A stretch of 64,000 nt of DNA from Eledone cirrhosa (GCA_964016885.1 OZ024743.1:218054001-218118000); one strand, 5' to 3'. Shown: positions 39,713-55,603, numbered from the stretch's first letter. Program-made: numbers and translations. Notes: a model not told the origin generated them from the letters alone.

Positions 39713-40440
39713 TCTTCTTCTTCTTCTTCTTCTTCTTCTTCTTCTTCTTCTTCTTCTTCTTCTTCTTCTTCTTCTTCTTCTTCTTCTTCTTCTTCTAGGA
39801 CTTGTGATATTTTCTTTGAAAGCAATGTTTTGGCATTGGCCCCGAAAGTACTACCGTGGGCCACATCGGAGCCCACTTGCCATCAGGCAAGCTGATGACA
39901 CGGCCAGTCCGCCACTGGGCATGTGGTTTTCAGTTGTTTAATGTGAGTTTATATTAGGTTTTAGTTGATCATTTGTTTGCTCGACCTGCTAATTCACTCT
40001 TGTTGATTTGTTACGATTTGTCGGTTCAGTAAGCAGGATGGGATATGGATTAGGTCAATGGGTGATTAGAGAGTTTTTGGTTCGTTGAATGGGATATGTT
40101 TTAGATTAGGTTAATCAGTGATTCCAGGGTTTATATTTGGTCAGTTTAGATTGTAATCATTGAGTTTGTGGTTTATTTTGGTGGATGCCTGATTAGGTTA
40201 GATGTGGTGTATGGTGGGGAAATATTTCTGGTGGTTACACTATAATTGGTTCAGGTTGGTGACTGTTACACGTAGAGGGTTGGCATATGGTTTTCAAGGA
40301 CGTGTGTGATTGATTTTTTTTTTTTTCTGTGCCATATGGCTCTAGTGGGTGGGGTCTAATATAGGTTTATGTATTATGTTTGCTAGAGTTCGTGGATGGC
40401 TTTGATTTGTTGTAGATGTATCTAGGTTTAGTTTAAGGCA
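39713..40440 (-). mobile_element. Probable old LINE 3' end with a long (GAA)n tail
   Basis: A/C-rich minus strand, GC-rich terminal segment, then (GAA)n at 39713-39797; no readable protein motif. Confidence 0.4.
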
Positions 40441-40522
40441 ATTGATGGTGTTAATTACACGCATATACACACACACGCGTATGTGTTTAGACGTGCAAAC
40501 GAGAGAAACAGAAAATAAAGTA

Positions 40523-40598
<76 letters not shown>

Positions 40599-41334
40599 TT
40601 AAACTACACTGGTTCAAGGGCCTAAAAGTTCTTGTGGCTCTTGCTATGATGCGATGCCTCCAGCCCGTCAACTATTTCATAGGCATTTAACGAACGAAAA
40701 TCTTGGCGCTTGAGCTACTGTCACTGGTGTAGCTTCATAGATATAAATACATATGCATATATATTGAATGTATATTTTAGTTTAACCGTTCTTATATACA
40801 TTTCTCTGTGTAAATCTGTGCAGGTTTGCATGATTAATTGAAGCCACTGATGTGAAATCAATTATTTACTGTTATATCTACAATAAACGTCTAGATGTTA
40901 GGAGTTAGCAGTCAAACAGAAAGAAAAAAAGGAAAAGTACTTAAAGCAAGGAATCGAGAACACAGGCTGTTGCTGTTGTTGTTGTAGTGGTGGTAGTAGT
41001 AGAAGTGGTGTTGCTGCTGCCGGGGTTGGTGGTGTCGTTGGCGCTGGTGGTTTTCTTTAATCCAATGTCGGTACTGATCGAGCAAACCTCGAGTTAAAAG
41101 CAGTCCAGACATAGCAATCACGCCATTTGTTCAGGCATTATGTACACTGGACTACATTATCGAATGCATTTCTTTAAGATGTTAATATGTGCTATTTCTA
41201 TTTGGTCGAATAACCACTGTTGTTCACTCTTCTGTCCATTAACTGGATGTTGATATATCATTAACTAGATAAGAGCAATTCCTGGCAGAATCAGTTCAGC
41301 ATTCGGAAAAATACATTAAATTATTTAATTGTGT

Positions 41335-41820
41335 CAAGGTCGGGGATTGGAAATATCGGTAGAGCGTCGAACAACATGTTTTGCAGAATATAGTTACAAC
41401 CCTTTACTTTCTGAGTTTAAATCCCACTGGGGTTAACTTTACCATTCATCCTCACGGAGTCGTTAAACTAATGCACCAGTAATACACTGGGGTCGATTTA
41501 ATAACCTTTCCTTCTGTAAGGAGATTAGCTCTGCCTTTCATCCTTACGGAGTCGATAAAATAAAGTACCAGTAATGCACCGGGATAATCGCTGGCCTTGT
41601 GCCAAGAGTAGAAACAATTATCAAATTCAGTCAAGGCGAGGGATTGGCAGTATCGGTAGAGCGTTCTGAGTTTAAATCCAGTCGAAGTTAGCTTTAGCTT
41701 TAATCCTTACGGGGTCGATAAAATAAAAGTAGCACTAACGAAGTTGGGTGGGGTCCATTTAATCGATTTTCCCTTACCTTCAAATTGCTGGCCTTGTGCC
41801 TAAATCAGAAACAATCATTA
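41335..41820 (+). mobile_element. Cluster of three rearranged Meta-domain SINE pieces
   Basis: Heads at ~41335 and ~41632; cores at ~41410, ~41533 and ~41666. Confidence 0.75.
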
Positions 41821-44017
41821 TAGTTTTCGAATCAAGTGGTGAACAGCGATTGATCACTTCTTCTGACAATGCTCCTTTTTATATTATCCTGCCTTTTTTA
41901 TGCCTGAGTCCCGATACGGTCAAACAACAATTCACAATATGAGTTTCAGCCGAATATCCAAGCAGTAATTCCAGTAAGTCACATGTATACAACAAAAGTC
42001 CATTCATTATATTAGTCGATTCGGTCTGTTATTGAGTCGTTTCTCCCTTTACTTCTTATTGTCCAGCTTCCTTTGGTTTTAAATATCGATGCTTACATCC
42101 TGCACTCTACCGGAAAACATTCATACCTATATATACATAAAGAGACCCACACTATTATCTTCTCTAACCATAACCTACTTAACAAAAAATCTGAAGTGTT
42201 CGCGACTTGCCAGCACCACTTCAGACATTCCTTCCAAAACTTTAAACCCTATATATAGCAATGTCAGACTTGAACCAGGCATCACCTCTAGCATCAAACA
42301 CTAAGGGCACACCTTGTACCACCTCCCCACACTCATTGATCCAATATAACACTAATAGTGACATCCCTCTAGAACCCTTCACAGTAGGAATACCCCTTTG
42401 TACATCTACTTTCGGTGTGACTGCATTCAGTTGCTTGAACTGCATTGCACCACTATTTAATTAATGTAAAATTTAAACATTAAATTGATTGTATTGTTGG
42501 TGCTCTGTGGATGAAGTGCCATCGTTGGATAAATGGAAGACTAATTAATCTAGTAACGTTGATGAGCTGTATAACCTATATGCTGAGTGCAGTGAATGAA
42601 ATGCAAGTGGCGTATGAGTTGTACATATATGCAGGAATTGATGCTCAGATTAGTGACATGATAAGTGTGGATTGACCTCTGGTCTACCCTAGTGATAGGT
42701 ATCTTTTGACATCCTATATGACATGCACTGGCCCAGAGCTTACCAGGGATTATTATAGATAGAAGTGATTCTATAATCACCCTGCCAGGTTCTATGAGTA
42801 GACTACAATTACTATGATCATTGATTTGGAAATCTCGCTCATCGTGTGAAATATTCAATCGTGGCACTCTATAATGGAGGATAATCACCCTCATATGAAC
42901 ACCAGGAATGCTTCTTGATAGACTACATTATAGTTAAGACACTTTAAATTTTTAGAAACTGTATATAACCATATAAGATAGGGACTATTTTGAGACACCA
43001 TTTAACATTTAGTCATAGAAATCACTGAGTTACCTCCCCTCACGCATTAACTCCCCTTAGTCACACACATACTTCCGGAAAAATAATTCGATGTTGATTC
43101 TCGCAACTTAACAACCTGCTATATTGAGCTAAAGACCAACAAACTATGATACTCTAACAGACTCGTCAAACGCCCAATATCGAATCGTCGTAGATTATGT
43201 GAGGGGCATATTATCTGGATATTATGCTCCCCGGACTGTGAAAATGGTGCTGTACGTGGAATCCATATCATTGCTTTGCTACACATTTCCAACATTTAAT
43301 ATTTATAATATTTCTCCACGCACAGGCTCCTATAACAATCATATAAAGGATTCATTACCAGTTCAACCCCCTTAACACTCTTGATCGCCCGTTTAAGTCC
43401 TTCTATTGCATGTAACACTCTGCCGCACTAAAGCATTATATAAACAAGACACGCGTGCGTGCCACACGTGTAACTATTGCACTCAATAACTGCTCATGAC
43501 TATCCTATCGCATTAATTTCATGTTGTATTTTAACCTGAATTTTTGATTTTACCCTCTTTTGATATAAATGTAACCTTTAAATGTATACTGCCACACTAA
43601 ATATTATAATGGTTGTCGACCTACCAAGCAACAATGTTTGCATATGTATCTGTATGTCTCTTGGGTTGAAAAGGAGGTCATATATGTGATCATTCATTAA
43701 TAAATTGCTCCGAAGAATCCAAACCTCGGTTTGGAGGAAACAATTGTAAGCATATACATGATTTGATCAGAACTTTGATTCTTATAACTTATATATAACT
43801 GCTCTGTAAAACATCTGATGTTATTACATTGAGCTATCTAACTTACTGGTAATAAGGTAGTAATATATTACTGCCTATCACTATTTAGGGTTTGAAAAAA
43901 TATATATAACTACAAAAGGTTTTTGTATTTGCATAACCATAAATAGTATCCTTAATACTACCTATATATACATGATGATTTCATCATACGAATGAAACAG
44001 TTCTACTCCTGTAGAAG

Positions 44018-44126
<109 letters not shown>

Positions 44127-44639
44127 AGAAAATGAGGTTCATTTTTTAAATGAAAGAAAACGAGATGTCCTACACGAATGAAAGTATGAGAAAAAGAAAT
44201 CGAAAAGGCAATGGGACTCTTTTTTAAAATATGTATTTGTTTCCTTTACGGGTTTCACAGTTCTTATGCTTTTCAAAAGGAGAATTGAGATGGAGGGTTT
44301 GTGGTTTTTCTCGCATCTGCGACATGTAAGTGCATACGTTTGTGTGTGCGTATATGTGCGTGTGTGTGTATGTGTGTATGTGTTTGTGTGTGTGTATATA
44401 TATGTGTGTGTGTATGTCAGTGTGTGTACTGTATATAAATCTGTATGTGTATGTATATGTGGATGTATGTTCGCGTGTCTTTGTGTTTGTGTGTGTGTGT
44501 GCATGTGTGTGTGAATGGATTTGTGTCAAAATAAATTTAATTCTAACTCACATTTTCTCTGGTAATATATTTTTTAACAGATAAATTTTCTTCAAAGTAA
44601 AATTATATTCAGAACGCGTACATATATTTCTGGACACCT

Positions 44640-44672
44640 TCCTCCACCTCCTCCTCCTCCTCCTCCTCCTCC

Positions 44673-44745
<73 letters not shown>

Positions 44746-45140
44746 TATCTTCATCATCATCATCATCATCATCGTCATCATCATCATTATCTTCATCATC
44801 ATCATCATCATCATCGTCATCGTCATCGTCATCACCATCATCATTTTCATCGTTATCATCGTCATCAGCATCATGGTTATTTTATTTTTCATCCCCATCA
44901 TCCTCATCATCATTATCATCAATATTATCATCATCATCATCATCATCGTTATCTTCATCATCGTCATCATCATCGTCATCACCATCATCATTTTCATTGT
45001 CATCGTCATCATCATCATCCCCATCATCCTCATCATCATCATCATCACCACCAATATCATCATCATCATACTTATCCTCACTATCACCACCATCATCATC
45101 ATCTTCATCATCACTATCATCATCCCCATTACCATCATCG
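44640..45140. repeat. (CCT)n then degenerate (CAT)n
   Basis: Seen directly. Confidence 0.95.
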
Positions 45141-45463
45141 TCCTGGGGGAACCTAATATTCCAAATGAATCTTGTAGCCTTTTATGTTCGTTGTGGTTCT
45201 GGTAACTTGTTTCCATATCATTTCTATCCAATTCAGTTTCTCTTCTGTCAATCTCTGCTAGGAAAACCTCAGGCATTCTACTCCATTCTTCCTCTGGGAT
45301 CCAACTCGAGGTTTGCTTTGCCAAACATATCTCTGGTCTTCATAACGTATGGCATACTCATCTCTGACGTTTAAGTACAATACTACAATAACGAGTGTAC
45401 AGTACATAAAATATATAAAATTTACCTCATGATTGCATACGTCTTACATGATATAGATATGTG

Positions 45464-45549
<86 letters not shown>

Positions 45550-46247
45550 ATGTGTATGTGGAGAGAGAGAGAGAGAGAGAAAGTGATGTGGAGAAATGGA
45601 TAGAGAGATATTTCGCTAAAAAGAGACAAATTTTAATAGAAAGAGAAAGTGGGATGAGAAGACAGAGATAAAAATTTGTTACTGTCCTCTGACCTTTAGC
45701 GTAGCAATGTCTGTACATAGATTACAATTTCAATTTAACGGATTTTATTCATCCAGTTCTTTTTCTTTGGCTGCTCTTCTTTTTTCTTTTCAGAGGTTTG
45801 TTGAAAGAGACAGTGTCACTGAAACTGTCTTGCATACTAAATAAAAGTGTTCCAGATAAATAGAAAGAGGAAAGAGCAAATTACAAAACTCAATCGATTA
45901 CTGACCTTATCAGGGATGGAGACTTACAGCCGAATAACCTTTATTCACTAGCATTGAGACTAAAATCATCTTTGATTCAAGTATTTTCCGCCTTATGGTT
46001 AAGTGATATGGCCAAAATAGATATAGTGGAAATTATGTGCCGAACGTGGTAACTGAAATCAAAGTGTATATCTCCTTACATTTTTCAATTACTAAACTCG
46101 AGTACAATAGAAAATTCTGAAGTTATCTAAAGACTGTATGCTGTAAATAACTACCAGAAATTGAATTGAAAGCAAATGGTTTCTTTCGCTATGAAGACGG
46201 ACAAATAAACTCAATGATTTAAAATATATTTACGTCTGTGCATTTGT

Positions 46248-46302
<55 letters not shown>

Positions 46303-46852
46303 GCGGTGGAAGTATTTCTGGGGTGGGGCATTTTGGATAATTTAGTCGTAGTGATTAGTTTAGCTCTTTGCACTCTCAAATGGTCAGAAAACTTCGATAT
46401 GCGATAAACATAACACGCACATAAATTGTAACGCATATACAAATAGATGTGTGTTTTGGTAGTTTGAGGTTAATATGTAGAGCTTCTTCGCATTTGGTGA
46501 AGAACTGATATTATACACAATTTATTCATCTCATATATACATATATATATATATATTCAATCATATCATATTTTGTTTGACCCGCTTAGCTTGCTCGTTT
46601 TTTGGTTTAGGTGGTTAATGGCTTCTTAACTGTTGTCTCAGTTTGTATGGCCTTTATAACATATGTTTATGGCTCTTGCCTCTTCAGGTTCATGGAGCAC
46701 TTGCCAACACAAATCGGAAGTTGCGTTTCGCTAATTTCTACTCGCCGAAATGCGATTCTCGCTAAATTTATATTTATATATATAGAGAGAGAGAGAGAGA
46801 AGAGCTTCTACAGGACTAGAACTGTTTCATTCAAACCGGAATAACTTATCTC

Positions 46853-46919
<67 letters not shown>

Positions 46920-47254
46920 TATATATATATATATATATAAACTTAATCTAGGTATAACTACAGGATATTTTTAATGATATACCTCGAATATGAAAATATT
47001 TTGCTACTCCCAGAAGAAAAACACATACACTGGTTGATTTTCAATACCTCACAGCTTATTGGCCGATCATCAGATGACAACTGCACGTACCATTCCCTCT
47101 ACGACATAAAATCTTAGTAAATTATTATTTATGTCAAATACGAAACGGAACTAAAACAATATATCAGAGATCCTTTGCATAACGTGCATTCTTTGGGGAT
47201 ATAATTAATCCAATAATATTTACCCTGTTTAGTAAGCCTGGTTATCGATTATAA

Positions 47255-47255
47255 A

Positions 47256-47311
<56 letters not shown>

Positions 47312-47520
47312 ATAGTGATGTTGTGGTGGTAGTAGTAGTGGTAGTGGTGGTAGTGATAGTAGTAGTAGTAGTAGTAGTAGTGATGGTTGTGGTTTTGTAG
47401 TGGTGGTAGTAGTAGTAGTGATGATCGCGATGGTAGTGGTGGTAGTAGTAGTAATAGCAGTAGTAGTAGTAGTAGTAGTAGGAGGAGGAGGAGGAGGAGG
47501 AGGAGGAGGAGGAGGAGGAG
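47255..47520. repeat. (TAG)/(TGG)/(GAG)n
   Basis: Seen directly. Confidence 0.95.
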
Positions 47521-47799
47521 TATTTCTGCCTCATGTTAGCCATGATTGGACATACGTATGAGCAAAAGCTTTCTAGCTATAACCTAACTGTCTTTTAATA
47601 AATCAATGTATTTTTCGTTTAGTAAGGCGATGACGAAGTGGATGTAATATGAGAAGAATGTGGTTGCTATTTCTAACAATTCAACAATTCAAGTGACCGT
47701 GTAGATGCATCTACGTTGGATCTTTTTTCTTAACGGCTTTTAATAAAGAATGCCACTTTATGTTTCTCCTCCTTTGACGAGGGAGGAAAACATATATAT

Positions 47800-48240
47800 A
47801 AATTTATTCAAAAGCAAAAAAAAAAAACATTATTTAGTAAGAAAAAAAAAGGGGGAAACAAAAGGAAAGAAAGAATAGGGAAATGTAGAAAAAACAGAGA
47901 GAAAGGAAGAAGAAAAAGAACGGGAAAGGTAGGGGATGGCAATAGCTCTGGTGTCGCAGATGAGAGGGGGTGAGGGGATGGTGATTGGGATTAGGGCATA
48001 GAGCAAGGGGGAAGGAGTACTGCGCCCCGCGTACAAGACGGCAAAAGCATTCCCCCGGACGATGGCCAGTGACATCCGCTGCAACAGCCACCCAACCTCG
48101 CGGCGATCCCTCCACAGACGGGCCGACGGCGCTCCGATCTAGCAGAGAGGCTCAGCAGTACGGGGTCCAAGTACGCCTGAGGTCTCAATGGCGACCGGTG
48201 CGAAGGGGAAGCGGCTGGACAAACCCCAGAAACCTGGTGT
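47800..48240 (-). mobile_element. CRE-like RLE retrotransposon 3' fragment
   Basis: PVAIETSGVLGP...REVGWLLQRMSLAIVRGNAFAVL. Confidence 0.75.
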
Positions 48241-48339
48241 CACTTAATTTTAGGTGATGTGGTCTTTTTAGTTTTATGCACTTTACAGCAATTTGATAAA
48301 GTATTACAATAGAATGGCAAGATATCAATATAATGTCAA

Positions 48340-48485
48340 CATGGTAAAACTCCCCAAAATCAACTATACCTTTCATCCTCCCGGGGTCAATAAAATAAAG
48401 TACCAGTCAGGTACTAGGATTAATTTAATCAACTTTGCTCTTTCCGCGAAAATTTTGCTGGCCTTGTGCCTTAATTTGGAATCAC
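48340..48485 (+). mobile_element. Diverged Meta-domain SINE
   Basis: CCTTTCATCCTCCGGGGTCAATAAAATAAAGTACCAG...GCTGGCCTTGTGCC. Confidence 0.7.
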
Positions 48486-49273
48486 TAACTTATAAAGATA
48501 GTATAAAACGATAGATGTATTGTCGCTCGTTTACGTTTTAATGCTTAGCCAAGGCATCATCGTATTGTAATCCAAAGAAGAATTAATACTCTATCTGTGG
48601 AAATTGAACGTATATTATTTAGGAAAAGCAATACGCTTCCAAGCAATCCCTTTAACCAGTGTATTCTATCAATTAATATAGTGTTGCTACAGATCATCAT
48701 AGCAGTTGAGGAATGGGTCGTTGTAGGATGGGTTTGCAGATGGTAAATTTATTAATTCACTGCACAATCTATGGTTTTTGCACTTCACAACGTGCTATTA
48801 ATTAAATCGTGCGCCGTGTATTTTATGGTTTTATAACAAACTGAGAAGACGAATGGTCGACCGGACAAGCTTTCTTCGTGGCCATATTTCAAAATCTAAT
48901 CAACTATAATTAATCAAAAGGCGCGTTGGATTTGTTGCTGTTTTAGCTTAACAGATCGCCTCAAAGGAAAGAACGCAATTCAACTGATGTCAAAAGAGAG
49001 TTTTGTTTGTATTTATTACTTTCTTCATATTCTTTTTTTAAGTTTGTTGTTTTATTCTCAATGAGAATAAAATACAAAATACACGTATATGGTCATACAG
49101 AATCAAAAACACACACATATAAAACACACACATGCACATAGGCACTTACACACTGGCACTACACTATCACACCAAGTCAGATTCAAATGTAAAGTCGTGT
49201 TTCATTCCATTTCTGTTTTTGTTATTGTTTTTTCCTCCTTATATAGTGCAATAACATTTTTGGCAGTATCAGA

Positions 49274-49975
<702 letters not shown>

Positions 49976-50455
49976 TATAAATATATTCTTACAAAGCAGT
50001 ATATACATATCCGTACGGAGGTAAAATTTCGATTTTTAGATCTTATATGGCGAAACACAATATTATTGTTTCGTTATATAAGGTGACATTATGCTGTTTC
50101 AAACTGAAACACAGGAGTAAATAGTAATTATTTCTAACATCAGCAATAATAATATGCATACATACATACACACATGCATACACACATTTGGCACCAACTG
50201 TACCATCTAAGTCTACTCCGAATGCTGTGGAAAACACTATCGATAATAATAATAATCGAAGAAATAATAATATTAATCTAAGAAATTTGACACCACGTGT
50301 ACCATCCGAGTCTACCTCGACTGTTGTGGAAAATACTATCGATAATGATAATAATCTAAAGTATAAACAATTGAAAATTTCCCTCAACGAAATCTTCCAG
50401 AGAGAAATTAATTCATGTATAAATATTTCTCTTGATCAACGTATTAAAACAACAA

Positions 50456-51354
50456 TCTATATATATAAAACTGTGGTTGTCTGTCTGTCTATCGATTTTT
50501 GGCACACATCTCCTCTTAGAATCTCTCACGGAATTGCACCGAAATTGCTATACTTGTACATAGAGCCCTAGCGAAGACATCGGAAAAAAAGAATTTTCAA
50601 ATTGACCCACCCTATGTGACGAAATCGAATATAATGTATCGATTTTTGAGCGTAAGTTATCAGTTATTTCCCTTTGTTCTGTTTACATTGAGCGTCTTAC
50701 GTAAAAAATTACGCTGGCTTTAACAGTTGTCGAGCCAGCAAAATATTGACCTGCAAAATTCATCAGTTCGAACACTAAGCTTCCGTTTTGCTTCATTTCC
50801 ATTTAAAAGCATTTTAAAACAATATTTTTACTTGAAAACAAGTCTATTTAAAGACTACGTAAAACAAGCAAATATTTCGTCGTTAGGCGTGCAGACAGAC
50901 AGTCGTGCAGAGAGGTGATATACGCGTGAAGACAGACAGTCGTGCAGAAAGGTGATATAGGCGTGCAGACAGACAGTCGTGCAGAGAGGTGATATAGGCG
51001 TGCAGACAGACAGTCGTGCAGAGAGGTGATATAGGCGTGCAGACAGACATAACTGATAATTTGGTTACATTAATGTTTTTCTCTGCGTTGCAGTGTTTAC
51101 ATTTTCGATCTTTGTTAATAAATAACCAGTGCAGTTTCTATCCCCAGCATCCTCTTTTGTTATAACATTCGGGTTATCGTTATGTTTTCTTAACTTCATA
51201 AGGCATATTGTTGGTTGAGGGAATATTAATCAAAAACACCACATGCAAGTCTGCACAGTAGACACTACAGTTTTTAAGCCAAGAAAGAAACTTAACATTG
51301 TAACTTTAACACAGCTACTGAGCGACCCCGAGCAACGCCGGGCTTTACTGCTAG
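50456..51354 (+). mobile_element. Non-autonomous Helitron (899 bp)
   Basis: A|TCTATATATATAAAAC start, subterminal hairpin CCCG-AGCAACGC-CGGG, CTAG|T end, no TSD; removing it rejoins the host reading frame. Confidence 0.88.
50884..51049 (+). repeat. 37-bp minisatellite, about 4.5 copies, inside the Helitron
   Basis: TAGGCGTGCAGACAGACAGTCGTGCAGAGAGGTGATA units start at 50884, 50921, 50958, 50995 and 51032. Confidence 0.95.
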
Positions 51355-54300
51355 TATTTAATAAAAAAAAAACCAAATAATGAAATATTACGTGTTATTG
51401 ACGAAATAGGGGATGAATAATTACGACTGATAAAAACTCCAACATTTTGGCAAATCAACGCCTGTTTATATGCCCTAGCAACGACAGTGAAGCATTATCT
51501 TGGTGATAGCAGAGATATTAACAAGAACAAAACACCACCAAAAATACCATCATATATAACTAAAATAGAAAAAAAGATTGCTGACCTACAAAAAACTATA
51601 GGATATGTGACAATGCAAACAAACACAAAAAAACCTCACTCTCCACCAACAAAGAGTGAAAAATAAAATAGAAGCGATGGTTGGTAACAGTAGAACCAGA
51701 ACTCTCCAATATAAGCTGATCACCCTCAAACAAGAATTGAGAGCTGTCAGCGAAAAACACCGATACCTGAAGAAGGTAGATGAAAGAAAAGTGCTTAATA
51801 AAAGATTCAGACGAAACCAAACATTAGTCTATAGAGATATGAAGGGCAAAATAATAAGTGTCACTGAGGCCCCATTCCAGAAAAACATAGATTCCTTTTG
51901 GAGAAAAATATGGTGGGGAAAGAAGAATTTCAACCAAGAGGCAGTGTGGCTAAAAGAAATCCAAAAGAACTATTGCTCCTACACTGCAACAAAAATATAC
52001 GAAATAAGTGAGGGTACCCTTGAGACTGTGATAGGAAAACTCCAAGATAAGAAAACACCAGGAAGAGACATGATTGTCGGCTACTGGTACAAAAAAACTG
52101 ATATTGTATCGGAGGTATCTTACCGACCTCTACCAACAAGTTCTTAAGGGAGATACACTTATACCAGAATGGTTGACATTAGCACAAGCATTACTGGTTC
52201 CCAAGAACAAAGACACCCACTTGGTAAAAATCTACCGACCCATTGCATGCCAGAACCTATTCCACCAAAATCACTGTGAAAATAATAACATCATCACAGA
52301 TGAACAAGCAGCTGGAAAGAAAGGGGTTTGGGGATGTGCTGAACGACTCCTAATCAATAAAACTGCGATGTCGGAGGTGCGACAACTTAGGAGGAATATG
52401 GCTACAGTCTGGCTGGACTACAGGAAAGCTTTCGATTCTATTCCCCACTCTTGGATGATAGAGGCCCTCCGACTTGCTAAAGTCCCAGACATTATTATCA
52501 GAGCCATAGAGAACCTATCTTCTTCTTGGGCTACTATCCTAAAGTTAAAGATAGAGGAGGACTCTATTTTCACTGATAAAATAGAATATCACAAGGGTAT
52601 ATTTCAAGGAGACCGTCTTTCTGTGATAATATTTATCCTGTCGTTAAACTCTTTGTCATTTCTGCTCAAGATGTGTCAAGGATACATCATTGGCTCACAG
52701 GAGGACAGGAATACGAACCTAACCCATAATTCTTTTGTGGATGATCTGGAACTCTATGCCAAGAATATAGATGGGATGAAGAAAAATATTGACCTGGTTA
52801 CAATATTCTCAAAGTATATAGGAATGAAGTTTCGCAAAGTTTGGCTAATATAGCGGGTAAAGCGGGGGAAAACAACAACCCAATCTAGCAACATTGTCAT
52901 CTATGGCCTAACTGTTTCACCGATATCTGATGAGGACTGCTACAGATACCTGGGGATAGATGATAACATATCCTATAATGGTATCTGTAATAAGGAACGC
53001 GTAGTAAGGGAATACTACACCCGATTAAGAAAAATATGGTCATCTGAACTCTCTGCGCACAACAAAACAGTGGCTCATTGTGTGTTTGCTGTGCCTGTCC
53101 TAGCACCAACGTTTGGAATACTCAATTGGACGATAGACGAAATCCGAGCAGTTGATGCTGGAACTCGAAAAATACTAAACAACACCAGAAACTTCCACAT
53201 CAACAGTGACATAGATCGCCTTTACTTGAAATGTAAGCCCCGAGGCAGAGGCCTAACATCAGTCCAGACAGCATTTGAATGTCGCATCATATCCCTCCGA
53301 CAACATCTACGAACCTCGAAGCATAGGAGCCCGCCTCTTGAGCAAGTCTATCTGCATGAAACAGATCAGATCATGAGAGTTGGGAAGGAACTCCTCGAAA
53401 GATATTCCCTGTGTTATAATCAAAAACTCACACACAGGGAAGTCGCTCAGCAGTATCGCAGTGAATCCATGGATGAAAAACTGCATGCTTATCAGCAAAA
53501 AATCATGCATGGATATGTTGCCAGGAAGCTGAGAGTAATATAGATAAAGAAAGTAGTCTATCTTGGACCAACAACCGCTATATTGGCTCCCACTTTGAAA
53601 GATACGCTTTTGCAATCCAAGAACAGGAAATCAACACGAAATACCTTATTCACAAAATAGGGATGCAGGCAAAACACTTAGATGTGATAACAAGTGCAGA
53701 CTCTGCAGAATTAACATCGAAGATGTCAAACATGTCATAAGCAGCTGTCCAAAGATGTCCTCGCGGTACTATCAACCTATGATGCATGATGTAGTGGCCA
53801 AAACACTGTACAATGCAATCCGTAGAAAAGATAGCCCCGACAACAAATATATTAAAAGCTACATCAATGTGGAAGACATACATATACATAGTATGAAAGA
53901 GTACTGGTGAAATGTTCCAGTAAAACCCCTATAAAATGCAGGCATAACAGACCAGATATAATATGGGACAGGAAAAAGAAGGCATGCACAGTAGTGGAAG
54001 TTTGCTTCCCAGCAGATGCCAATATAATATCAAAGATTAGCGAAAAGGAGAATATTTATGCAGAACTAATGAGAAATCTGCAGATACTCCACCCTGATTA
54101 TACCTTCAGATTTATGCCTGTGATTATCGGGGCACTGGGATATCTTAATAACTCCCTCAAATCTTGAGAAGCTGGGCTTCATGGGAACAGAAAGAACAGA
54201 ACTAGTTAGGAAATTACAAGTACAATGCATTAATGGAACAGTACAAATATGTAAAACATTCCAAACATTTTTATTCAAATAACTGCATATACACATGTAC

Positions 54301-54659
54301 AGATACAAATACACTCTTAACTCAAATCATACACATCCACACATACAATAACATCCATACCTACACACACATGCATGCAGACATACATATCTACCTAGTT
54401 GATGTTCTGTAATGCCCGAAGCATTAACCAAAGGCGTAGATTTTTGGGGACGATGTGAAGGTGTACGCAAGGATATAATTAGCATGAAAACATTGAGCTG
54501 GTTACGACTCTTGAAAAATATAGGAAATGAGTTTGACCAGTATAGAAGTTACTATAGGATTGTAAAGCGAAGGAAGATTATAAACCAGTCTAGCAAAATA
54601 TTTATCAATGGTCAGGCTGCTTCGCCAGTGTATGACGTGGGATGATACAGATATTTAAT

Positions 54660-54960
54660 GATTAATGAAAATGTGATCTATGGTGGGATGTGTAACAATG
54701 AACGAATAACCAGAGAATATAATAGAGACACTCCACCCTGGCTATATCTTTAGATTTGTACTTGGGATCATTGGGCGACTTGGATATGTTATTAACGGCT
54801 CGGGCATATATGTTAAGAACCTGGGTTTCACAGAACCAGGAAAAGCAAGAGTAATTAGGTAATTACAAGTAGAGTCCATTAATGGAACTTTGAAAATATT
54901 TAAAACAAAATTTCAAGGTTTAACATGTAATAACTTCATATGCACACATATAGATATCGA
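54660..54960 (+). mobile_element. Older deleted remnant of the same R4-like family
   Basis: ACTCCACCCTG.CTATA.CTT.AGATTT, CTGGG.TTCA and AATTACAAGTA..GT.CATTAATGGAAC match 54085-54260. Confidence 0.65.
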
Positions 54961-54974
54961 AACATATATGACAT

Positions 54975-55295
54975 GGTCCCGTAACTCCTGGGGGAGTCGT
55001 AGGAGCGCCATATTGACATACGGCGTTTCTTGGGCATTTTAAGCCTGGCGGAGCCTATCCCTCTCCAAGCCTGAGTACAGCAGGTTTCTTCCAGAGAGAG
55101 TGAGAGAGAGGAAATGAGAAAAAGATATAGAGGAAGAATCGACTCCAGTTCTAGACTGGTACTTTTTTATCGAGCTCGAAAGGATGATAGGCAAAGTTGA
55201 ACTCGACAGGAGTTGAACTCAGAGAGCAGAGAGCCGAAACGAATACCATAAACCATTCTATCCGACGTTCTAACGGCTCTGCCAATTCGCAGCCA
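54975..55295 (-). mobile_element. Full-length SINE variant
   Basis: Reverse complement of 18255-18530. Confidence 0.8.
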
Positions 55296-55568
55296 TACAG
55301 AACATATATATATATGCACATAACTCAAGATATTAAGATCCACTCACGCAATGACATCCATGCCTAGAGATGTACAGACAGACATTTATCTAGTTAACGT
55401 TTAAATTGCAATGGAAGTCTTCTTTCTTTGTTAAAAAACGGCTCACTCACTTTTGGGGAGACATTTATAAAGTAAGACCAGAAGAAATCATACTCACATA
55501 CACGTACACACACACACATACACACACTCACTCACACACACTCACTCACACACATGCATACATGTGTG

Positions 55569-55603
<35 letters not shown>

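Larger units (their letters stand above)
50180..54340 (+). mobile_element. R4/Dong-like (RLE-type) non-LTR retrotransposon, single degraded ORF, split by a Helitron
   Basis: INACLYALA, KTPGRDMIVGYWYK, YRPIACQN, WLDYRKAFDSIPHSW, GIFQGDRLS, FVDDL, IDRLYL..GRGL, CRLC...HVISSC, MHDVVA, RPDII, EKENIY. Confidence 0.85.

Noticed and set aside
42040-43700. Host exon or viral insert in the non-repetitive stretch (also 8560-8870)
   Set aside because: Only short ORFs with no recognisable motifs; cannot be supported without a database search.
44548-45324. 258-aa Met-rich ORF
   Set aside because: Mostly (GAT)n; the unique part is at best an eroded RTE-like 3' end.
50884-51049. 37-bp repeat as a CRISPR array
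   Set aside because: Contiguous units with no unique spacers, no cas genes, eukaryotic context.
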